From: Eledone cirrhosa
Lineage: Eukaryota
Length of the DNA stretch: 64,000 bases
Direction: 5' to 3'
Assembly (NCBI GenBank): GCA_964016885.1
Contig: OZ024747.1
Location: 24,614,001 to 24,678,000 of the forward strand
The translations under genes were made by a program, and so were the position numbers. The notes under the pieces were generated by a model. The model made no database searches, had not been told where the DNA came from, and was given only the letters and a program-made list of their open reading frames with translations. Positions 13,678-24,593 of this stretch are shown in pieces (positions within the stretch are counted from its first letter, which is position 1; each line of letters begins with the position of its first letter).

Positions 13678-14165
13678 TTGATGCGCAAACATGCGCTGAG
13701 GTTGCAGCATCTCCAGGTATTCCTCACCGACCCCCAACCGGTGTGGGCACCGTTTGTGAGACAGGCTTTCCCACAGCTCGTCTCGCTGACGGAGCTGCAG
13801 TCCTGGGTCAAGAAAAGACCGAAAACGATGGGCGCCTGGCACATTGAATGCGCTCAGGCGCTCACAGTCTCTGACAAGCGGGCGCAGCAATCAGTGGAGA
13901 CTCCACTACGACATTCTATAGAGGGATTATACGTTACAAGGGCAAAAGGAAGAAAGGGGCACTTGTACAACATGCTCCTGGAGTTGAGGGTTGTGCTATC
14001 GACGAGGTATTAAACAACCCATTTGTGGTGCCTCCCCCCTATTGGGGATTTCAATTATTGTAATTGTTTGTTTTTATATTTTTTACACGACTGTATGTAA
14101 AATCCCCGGCATGTCTTTGTATTGTCCCCTTTTCTTGTGCGCCCTTGTGGCTAATAAAGAAATCT
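13678..14165 (+). mobile_element. Tx1/L1-clade LINE 3' fragment, internally deleted
   Basis: MRKHALRLQHL...WAPFVRQAFP matches ORF 24858-27116; AATAAA tail; (CTAT)n on both flanks. Confidence 0.85.
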
Positions 14166-14351
14166 ATCTATCTATCTATCTTTCAGCTACGGAGATGTGT
14201 GCTTTGTTGTTGTTGTTTTAGTTCCAAAATAGATACATAGGTAAATATAGATAGATAATGATAGATTTACAGTCAGACAGACAAACAGATAAATAGGTAG
14301 ATAGATAGACAGATAAGCAGGTAGATAGATAGTCAGTTATGTAGATAGATA

Positions 14352-15105
14352 GATAGATTTCTTTATTTGCCACAAGGGCGCACAAGAAAAGGACAATACA
14401 AGGACACATGCCAGGGATTTTACATACAGTCATGTAAAAATATTGAAACAAACAAATTCAACAATCGAAATCCCCAATAGGGGGAGGCGTTACAAATGGG
14501 TTGTTTAATACCCCATAGATAGAACAACCCTCAACTTTAGGAGTGTGTTGTGCAAGTGCTCCTTTCCTCCTTTTGTTCTCATCTTCAACCTACAGGTTTA
14601 TATACAGAGAAGACCCAATCACTCGGGCCATTTTTGCTACATTCACCCACCTTTCAGTAAATTTACTGGGGTGCAGTGCCTCTCTCTCCACTCTGATTCT
14701 CCTTCTAAAGTGGTACCTAAAGAAGGGAAAGAGTTTTTGTCCGGAGAGAAAGGCATCTGTCCTCAGTCCTCTCAATCTCGTCCACCATATAATCTCTTTT
14801 ACCATAGCCACTATAAAACCGCCTCACTTTCATTATTGAAAGAAGTTGATGGTTTGATCCTTACTATGGACGCAGCAGTCAACTGGATTTGTCCCATACG
14901 TGACAGCAGTTGTTCTGCGTAGTTCCACAGGTCGGTTATGTCCAGGCAGTGTACAATTGCGTGCAAGACGGTTTCAATGTCCCGCTCGCATCTTGGACCC
15001 GTCCTCTTGGAAGGATCCCTGCCGGGGCATCCGTGCCTGTAGATCTTGTCTCAAACTGGTAGAGCTCCTCAGTAGCACTGCCAGGCCAGGGACCTCTGGA
15101 AGTTG
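14352..15105 (-). mobile_element. Tx1/L1-clade LINE 3' fragment
   Basis: NFQRSLAWQC..., WWTRLRGLR...FFRYHFRRRIRVERE homologous to ORF 24858-27116; (AGAT)n on both flanks. Confidence 0.88.
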
Positions 15106-15291
15106 TAGATAGATAGATAGGTAGATAGGTAGATAGATAGACAGACAGACACATCTATTTTTTTGGTCTGAAGACAGATACATAACTGCTATACCCACTG
15201 ACTATCCCAGTACGGAAATTCTACCAGCTCTTTTTGTATATTGAGCATAACTATTTCTTTGATGCTATCAGGCTCCTGTCATTTCTCCTAC

Positions 15292-16170
15292 CTACCAGGG
15301 CGTTAGTCTTAGCTTGGTTGACTTTGAGGTTTTTGATTCCAGATCTTGCTTCCAAGACTGGAATTTCTTCTCTAGTTCCACTGCAGATTCAGCTATGAGA
15401 ACTAGGTCATCAGCATACAGGAGTTCCCATGGGCAGCCAGTCTTAAACTCCTCTGTTATGGCCTGATGGACTATAATAAACAGAAAGGATCTAAGAACAG
15501 GACTCTGGTAGACACCCACATGCTGAATTCCTCACTATACTCATTGTTAATTCTTAATTTGCTGATTGGATCTCTGTACATGGTCTGTACAGCCCTCACA
15601 AGTCATTCATCTACCCCTAGTTTATTGAGAGACCACCATATTATGAAGTAAGGTACCTCATCAAAGGCTTTCTCCATATCAATGAATTTTAGGTAGAGGA
15701 GCTTACTCTTAGCTATGTACTTCTGCAGTTGTATCACAAGGAAGAGGGCATCACTTGTACCTCTGCCCAGCACAAAGTCAAACTGCATTTCATATTGGTT
15801 AGCTTGATCCTTGATCAGTTGTGTTATAACTCTTTCTGGAACTTTCATAACCCAGCCCATCTGCTTGATGCCTCTATAGTTTCCCCTATCTAATGCATCT
15901 CCCTTGCTTTTGTAGCAGTTGTCAAGGATGTTACTACACCAGTCACTGGGTATGGCACCATCCTATATTACCTGATTAACAACATGTTTGTTTAACCATC
16001 CCAGATGATTTCAGTATCTCAGCAACTATCCTTGAAGGTCCAGCTGCATTGCCTATCTTTATATCCTTAATTGCTTTACTTACCATACTGATGCTAATCT
16101 GGTTAGCTGATCCCTTTGTTTAGTCTACTTAGGGCAGACCCTCTTCCTCCCATGCATTCTTCCCATTCAC
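15292..16170 (-). mobile_element. Degraded RTE LINE RT fragment
   Basis: EMQFDF..GRGTSDALF, DMEKAFD and ELLYADDL motifs with stops and frameshifts. Confidence 0.88.
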
Positions 16171-16299
16171 ACTCAAGGAAATTCCCAGAAGTTGTCTGTG
16201 ATTTTAAATTGAAGGATTACTGATTGTAGTTATGTCTTTATTTCCTTACGGAAAGTCTGATTCCCCCCCCCCCCCCTATGATTTTATTTCCATTCATCA

Positions 16300-16730
16300 A
16301 ATATCCAATGACATATTCTTCTGATAAATCTAGCATTGGAAGTTCACCAACTGAATTTTTAAATTCACTCAATACACAGATCTCATAAATGTTAAATAAA
16401 GTTCACCGGTGTTGTGTCTGAAGTCAGAGCATGTAATTCCATTGAATAATATTTATCGCAACTAGAAGCTGCCATTTGAAAATGTCATTTTAATACATCC
16501 CACTGGCTAAATAATTCCTTCCACACAGTTACTTCTCACTAACTATCTTGTGGTTGAAAGAAGAATCGTTTTAATTGGTTGCTATACTAACTTCAATAGA
16601 ACATATTCTAAAATTTTAACTTGTTCTTCACCATCGTTGATTTTATATTTTCCATGTATAGGTGTCTTCATAGAGCAGAACTATTTCTCTTAACAGATAA
16701 TTCTTTATTTCTCAGTCTATGACATTTGAG
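16300..16730 (-). pseudogene. hAT-like transposase fossil
   Basis: Minus strand LSTTR*LVRSNCVEGII/SQWDVLK*HFQMA fits the hAT 'TRWL..R..CV..I..QW..LK.HF' block. Confidence 0.55.
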
Positions 16731-17719
16731 ATTTTTAGGAGAGCTGGGCTGCTGACAACGATGTTTTTATCATTGTTTGGTGGCCTGTCTTACTGATGTA
16801 TCAGGCGATGCTCATGGTGGTGCTTGGCTTTTCCTTCAGGCACCTTAGTCAGACTTTCAACCATGGTAAATTTTGTTATTTTGCTGCTGAAAAAAGATGC
16901 TACCCTTTTGTTACCATATTTCTAATGAAAGACATTGCCTATAATTTTCAAATCATTTAGAAAATGATCAAGAATTTGTAGGGATTTAGTAATATGTTAA
17001 ACTTTCTCATTATTAAGATGGAGTTTGGAATATAACTTAACAAAGGTTCTTACATAAAATTATGATTGAAGCATTTTAGATAAATATGAACACTTTAAAA
17101 CAAACAGTTCTGTATTGTACAACAATGGGTGGTTTCAGGTCATTTGGCATCATTACCATCGTTCTAAATTCACTCTGCTATACATGCATGCATTAGACAG
17201 GTCTTTTCCAGCAGAGCTTCACTCCAAACATTGCATTCCTTTGCCATATCCTTTAATTTATTACCACATTAGTTTTTATGCTTAGCTGAAGAAGTAATGC
17301 TTTATTAAATTGGTTTTGTGAGCTTGTATTTCATCATCATCATTGCAATCACAGTTGAACATTCACAATTTTCCATTGCTCCTGGCAACAACTCCCTACA
17401 TTTTGTCATGGCACTAGCACTACCAATTTACAAAGTGGTTTGGATGAATTTTACCATGACACCAGTACTTCCACTTCCAGAATGGGCTGAGCACTGAGCA
17501 CATTTTATTGTGGGACCAGTACTATCACATTTCTGCACTAATATGCTTACATTCTTGGCCAGGCTGGGAAGACAGTGATAGAGTAGGGAGTCGCCGGCCT
17601 TAAGGTAAGGGTGTGATGTCTGGTGGTATTGTACAGTGTACCCAGCTTTCCAGGCTGGTATGGTTAAGCAAGGAGGGGGAAGGGAGGGTAAGAGTAAGCA
17701 TTGCGTTGTAGGATGGTTT

Positions 17720-17804
<85 letters not shown>

Positions 17805-18181
17805 GTGAATCAGATCCAGAACTTTAATAAAACATTTTTAATATACTTTTCCCACTTTCTCAACGTAGAAATGAATATAGTTTTGGAATAATCAGAATCA
17901 GGATATATTAAGTGTAAGGTGCGACAAAACTACCTCTATGTTATTCAATATTTATTTATTTAATCAAAGCTGGTTGGCTATGACAAACTAAACAAGGCAT
18001 CTAACACCACTTAGAGATATATAAGAAATAAAAACAAAACAAAAAAGTGAAAAACAAAGACTATCTTTTATTGTTATATTTTTTACTATTTGGATTTTTT
18101 GTCCTGGAGATTTTGTCCATATCCAGAATTTGCTTATAAATTTTACTGATTGGCTAAATAAAAAAAAATCATCAGTATATA

Positions 18182-18281
18182 CATGGTGTCCCAAAAAATG
18201 TATACACACTTTGATTACCTGCACAAGCAATATTTATTAGAATGTAGTTGAAGTATGTATACATTTTTTGGAGACACCCTG
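18182..18281. mobile_element. Tc1/mariner MITE (100 bp)
   Basis: TA-CATGGTGTCCCAAAAAATGTATACAC ... TATGTATACATTTTTTGGAGACACCCTG-TA: long imperfect TIRs with TA TSD. Confidence 0.85.
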
Positions 18282-18959
18282 TATTTATAAATAAATAGAA
18301 AAGTAGTGGATTGTAACCGAACAAAATAATTTTTTTTTTTTTGGAGAGGGTGGCAACATCTAAAATGTATATAGATATATTCTCAAGAAATTTAATTTTC
18401 AATATGTCTACCATTATTATATATACAAACAATTTATATAATGTTTATGATTTATAAAAAGAAAGTAATCAATAAGATAAAGAGTCAAAGCAAAAGAAAA
18501 TAATAAGACATGCATACTGAATTACACACAACAGGCAATGATGGCGTAGTCTTCTAAACTGCTTGAGGCAAGCCATGACACTCACAGTAATACCTCAGGT
18601 GAATGTGGCTCTCTCAATTAAACACTTCAGAGGATATTGATATTTCCTTCTAGAAAAAAACATTTGAAGCAAGCCTTGGCATCCATTGCATTGCTGCAGG
18701 TGATAGTGAGGCTAAGGTGCTTGAAGAATAGCTAAGCACCCTCACGAGCATCAACTGATAATTCAGTAAGGCAAAATCTCCATTGTCAGAGGGCCAGTTA
18801 CACACTGCTAGTAACAGGGAGGCTAAGATGCAGTAATAACCAAGCACCTTCACAAGCATCAACTAATACTTCAGTAATATGAACTACCTCTGATGAAAAG
18901 AAGCTTCTTGTCAGCAGTTCAGCTCACCTGACCATCCCAAATGCCACAGGTTGGGGAAA

Positions 18960-20169
18960 TATGAGGAAATTACCCTGAAAGGTAAATCATGTGAAATTGT
19001 GGAGATGCTGGAAAGGAAAGAAGTGGATGTATCATGAGACTATTCACAGACAAACAACTTAGATACAAACGTTACTGAATAGAAAATGAAGACGGGGTAG
19101 GTGGTGTAAGCATTCTACTAGCTGAGAAATGGATAGATAAAATAATATCATGATTCGGCGGCTTCAGCCGAAATCGACTCAACAATTGATCTCCACGTGG
19201 GTCTGTCGTTCATTGCCGTTGCCAAGTCCTGGATTTCAATACCAGAATATCTGGAGATGACATCAGGATAGGAGAGCTTGCACCCCCTGTTATTAGTGAC
19301 TGCTTGTGATTTCCAAAGCACTAATGGAGACACAGCCTCATAGTAGGCACAATGGCAGTGGCCAGCAAATCTTACTCTCCTTTTACGTACAACGACAGAT
19401 ATGCGTGGGAGGCTGGCATATATCTCTCCCAAAGGCAGATGTCACCAGCTTATGTTCTGAATGCGTTGAAGCAGGCGAGTGTAAGTACCATCAAGGCGCT
19501 TTTGTTATTTGGATGAAAGCGTCCATGTTTCACTTCCATATAGCAAGATTAGTTGAATTGCTACTTGGAAGAGTCTGATTTTGGTGTGGTTGGAATGATT
19601 TTGAGGGCCAAACTCGATCCAGCTTGTTGCAAGCTGACCATGCTTGGGCCTTTCTGGTGGCGAAACCCTTCTCAGAGTCCATAATCCAGGACCCAAGATA
19701 CTTGAAATCTTCGACTTCCTTGATATCACATCTCGCTCGCTTTAGTACATTCAATGTCAATACCCTTGGTCCTCTTGGAAGACTTGTTGAGCTAGTAATG
19801 AACACTAAAGTGATATAGGTAGTTAGAGTAAGTGATAGAATAATCAAACATAGAATAGCTGCAAGAAATAGAATAGGCACAATTACATCTACTTATGCAC
19901 CACAGGCAGGACTAAGTAAAGAACAAAAGGACAGGTTCGATGAGGAACTTTTATACACAACTTCATTTAGTTCATCATCTTTGCAAGCGACCTCAATGGA
20001 CATGTTGGAGAGTACCAGGATGGATTCAGTGGAGTTCATGGTGGCTATTGCTATGACTCAAAAAAAGAAGAAGGAGTTTAAAACTAGCTGTCCATGGGAA
20101 TTTCTCTATGCAGATGATCTGGTCCTTATAGCTAAATCCACAAAAGAACTAGATAATAAGGTCAACTAA
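18960..20169 (+). mobile_element. Old internally deleted RTE (APE endonuclease joined to YADD region), interrupted by 19148-19810
   Basis: TLKGKSCEIVEMLERKEVDV, GVGGVSILL, YAPQAGL, DLNGHVG, then CPWEFLYADDL. Confidence 0.7.
19148..19810 (-). mobile_element. RTE-like LINE 3' fragment with an inverted endonuclease N-terminal piece
   Basis: Minus: [30 protein letters not shown]. Plus 19730-19810: HLARFSTFNVNTLGPLGRLVEL. Confidence 0.75.
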
Positions 20170-20859
20170 ATGTTTTCAAGCTGGTGCCCCAGCATGGCCA
20201 TTGTCAAATGGCTGAAACCAAAAAAGAATTTTAAAAATAGAAAGTACACATACAGCTTCTTATATATCTATGTACAACTCTCTTTCTCTCTCCTCCTTTC
20301 TCTATCTATCTGTCTATTGATTCTCTCTCCCTCTTTCTCCCCCTCTCTCTCTCTCTTTATCTATCTATCTCTACATCTCTGCCCTGCTCTCATTCACAAA
20401 GTGTTTGCCAAAATCTTACCACTATCACCACTGACCCCCCTCTATCACCACCATCATCACCATCAACAAAAATAATATCAACATCACTACCATCACCACC
20501 ACCACTACCGCCACCACCACCAGCCTCACTAATAACCACAATAGAAACCATTCATCACACACAACTCTACACACACACACACACTCACACCACTCTACAC
20601 ACAAACCTCCACACACAGTACAGTACAGTACAGTATTGTACTGTACATCAATGAGTTGTAACTATATACATCTCTCTATGTAATAATGGTTTCTAAGTCA
20701 CGCAAAAGGCCAGCAATTTGTGAAGAAGGGGAAACCAATTAAATCAACCTCAGTATATAACTGGTACTTATTTCATTAAGGATGAAAGCCACAGTAAACC
20801 TTGGCAAGATTTGAACTCAGAATATAAGCTGGAAAGTAACATATTCAACTATTTTTCAA

Positions 20860-21180
20860 ACACATACATATACACAGTGCATACACACGCACACATACAC
20901 CACACACACACACACACAGTGCACACACACACACATAAATACACCACACACATACATACACCACACACATACATACACCACACACATACATACACTATAC
21001 ATACACGCAGTACATACACACACATACATACACACAGAACACCACACACACAGTACACCACACACACAGTACACCACACATACATACACCACACATACAT
21101 ACACACAGAACACCACACACACAGTACACCACACACACAGTACACCACACATACATACACCACACATACATACACATAGT
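20860..21180. repeat. CA-rich compound repeat
   Basis: acaccacacacatacat / acagtacacc units. Confidence 0.9.
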
Positions 21181-21886
21181 ACAGTACAATTTGCTGTTTT
21201 GATAGTCCTCAGTTGATTGCGATGCTGAGTGTTCCAGTTGTCAGAAATTATCATACAAATGGCTGAGCATTCCACAGACAAATTACCATGCAAGTGGCTG
21301 AGCATTCCACAAACATGTATACCCTTCACCTCACCTTGAATTCTTTCAATTACAGGTAAAACTCAATGAACTTGAAACAACATGATATGAAGAGTTTTTC
21401 TCAGGCAGGAATTGAAATCAAGACCTTACAATTATGAGCCGAACACACCCAAAGCAGTAAACCATTCACCTTCATTATAGTACAGTACAGTATACAGTGC
21501 AATACATCAGTACTTGGAGAGAGAGATATAGCTGCTACTGTATTACATCTTCACTTAATAATCTGTTTATGTAATAATATCAACTATTTTTCACTCATCA
21601 CCTTATCACATCAAATCTCATCATTATTTTTCTTCTTCTCTATTTACTTACATATTTATTTAATTATTAATTCATTTATCATATGTATTTATATGTATCT
21701 CTGTGTGTATGTGTATGTATATATATAATATATACATGCATATTTACATTCACATAAACATATGCACACAGACATATATATTTGGCAGCAGTCAAATGAC
21801 TGAAAGAAGTAAAAGAAAGTAAAAAAAAATCTATGTATGTATATATACACATACATATATATATATATATATATGAATATGCATAT

Positions 21887-21929
<43 letters not shown>

Positions 21930-22244
21930 CACACAGACTGTTCCCTTCTTTTACGTATTTCATTATTGATTCATCTGTTTATCTTATCCCTTATTTATTT
22001 ACTTCCCTCAAAACAACAACAGGTTGTTTGTTACAACTGTTTATTTGGTCTTAAAGCCAGCTGTAATGTTTTTAGATTATGTAACTATGAAGGCATATAG
22101 CTTAGTGGTTATGGTGTTTGGTTCACAGTTGTCAGGTCATGAATTTGATTCCTGGTGGTACGTTCTGTCCTTGAGCAAAACACTTTATTTCACTCTGCTC
22201 CAGTGCATGCATGCATGCCCTCATGCGGTGCAAGCAGCATGTTG

Positions 22245-22480
22245 AGCCGGTGCTTATCCCAGTTTTATAGCGACTGAGAGTACAAGACTTCCCCCTGGAC
22301 AGGATGCTAGTTCATTGTAGGACTAAACCCCCAGCTGGTACTCATTATCAGCTGAGTATACTGGAGCAACATGAAATGAAGTGTTTTGCTCAAGAACACA
22401 ACATGCAACACAGCCCAGGAACCGAACCTACAACAATACGATCGCAAGTCCAACACCCTTACCACTATGCCAAGTGCCTT
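22245..22480 (-). mobile_element. tRNA-derived SINE (family also at ~59520-59760 on +)
   Basis: B box ggttcggttcc, cttgagcaaaacactt core, gtactctcagtcg tail. Confidence 0.7.
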
Positions 22481-22835
22481 CACTGCTCCAGTGCACTAAG
22501 CTGGAAAAAAAAATGAGTTGTTCCAGTAATTCAAAGGATCAACCTTTTCACACACTACATCACACTTAATCTTCCTATGAACTACATTATGAGATAATAC
22601 TTGTTTGTGAAATATTCAGCCATTTAAAGTATAATACATGCAACAATCCAGTGTAAGGGTTGTATCAATTCAAGTAAGTTCATTAAAAATACAAAACTGT
22701 TAAAACGTGAAGAAACATGTCATAGACTTGTCTTTATTTTATGATGTGGACCCAGAAAGAGGCTTGGTGCTTCACAACATGAAATAAATTTCGTATTAGT
22801 GCATGTTTCTGTATTTAGGTAATTGTCCTCAAATA

Positions 22836-22866
<31 letters not shown>

Positions 22867-22923
22867 AAATTTATACGGGAACAAAACAGAGAGGCAGACA
22901 AATAAGGTTTTATTAGGTTCACG

Positions 22924-22963
<40 letters not shown>

Positions 22964-23939
22964 CAGATCTAGCTGTCGAAACAGCTGGAGCTCAGCTGTC
23001 GGGTTCGGAATTTTTGTCATATTACCCACTCTACAACTCGAAGTATCAAGTACTCTGGTGAGTAATGGCCTAACTGGTTTTAACTGCCTCCATTTTGATA
23101 TATATATATATATATATACATACATAGATACATACATAGATACATGCAATATATATATTGTGTTTATTAACATATAACAAATATATAAAATTAGATAGAA
23201 GTACATACATATAATTAATTATTGCTGGGAACCTTAATATAATGGCACTCATTGTAGGCCCTGCATAAACAGTGGCTCAACAGTCAGACAAGTTAGAATC
23301 TGTATATAAACATAAGAATACAGGTAAGGGTTGACATGAGGAAGGCCATAGAATATACCTCACACATTTTCCATGTTAGCACAGGAAAAATGAACTCTAA
23401 AATGATAATGATGAGCCTGGTGATCATGATGATGATCATGGTTTCTTGGAGACAGTACACTTATGAAACACATAGGAAAACACCAGACAAAAAACACTGG
23501 AAGTAATTGGGATGGGGGGGGGGAGTCGATTAAATTGACCCCAGTACGTTACTGGTGCTTTATTTTATCAACTCCGTAAGGATGAAAGGCAAAGTTAACC
23601 TCGGTGGAATTTGAACTCAGAACGTAAAGGGCCATAACTCCATGGTACTGATACTGACAATCCATGCAATAATAATAATAATGATGATAATAAGTCTATC
23701 TGATTGTAAGACGAGTCTTGTTTGAGAGAACATCTAGAACACAGAAAGATTAAACCATTATATTTCACTCTGTTAAGGTCATGTTGACATCCCTACAGAT
23801 ATTTTGGATTGTGCTATAACACAACAGTAACAGTTCACTTAGTCCCCCCCTCCCCACCTCCCCATCCTCTTCCTCCTCCTCCCTCTTGCTACTATTGATT
23901 AGTAAATGCAGTTCTTTCTTGTTAACTCTTTCACTCTAC

Positions 23940-24593
23940 ATTCCCTGTAGTATTTCTGGATCTGTTCCGATACCTCACAATACTATAACTAACATTACAC
24001 CATAACCTCACTATAATATAAATATTTTTACACCATAATCTCACCATATGTAGCTAGTACTACACCAATATATATTGTATCACTGGATCTATACTGATAT
24101 CTCACTGCAGTATCACTGGATCTATAATTGTGTCTCACCATAATACACCTAGTACTACACTCATATTCATTGTATATGTAAGTGATATAAGTGATATCAC
24201 ACTCTAGTATCACTGGATCTTACTACAATGTCGCTATATTAGAGGAATATCTTGATATACTATAACTAACATTATAATGATAGCCATTGTATCACTGGAT
24301 TAATACAGATCCAGTGATATCTCACTCTAGTATCACTGGATCTGTATTAATATCTTACTATAATGTCACTAATATTAGAGGATTATCTTGATATAGTATA
24401 ACTAATATTATACTGATATCCATTGTATCACTGGATCCACATTGATATCTCACCATAGTATTTCTGGATCTATATCAACATCACACTATGATGTCGCTAG
24501 TACTACACAGATAACCTCTCCATAATATAACTAATAGTACCTGAAGATCTCACCATAGTATCAATGGATCTAGAGATAGCATACCATAATATA
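23940..24593. repeat. Degenerate tandem repeat rich in gtatcactggatct, resuming after the Tx1 insertion (27130-27210)
   Basis: Repeated motif and ~120-bp duplicated blocks. Confidence 0.7.
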
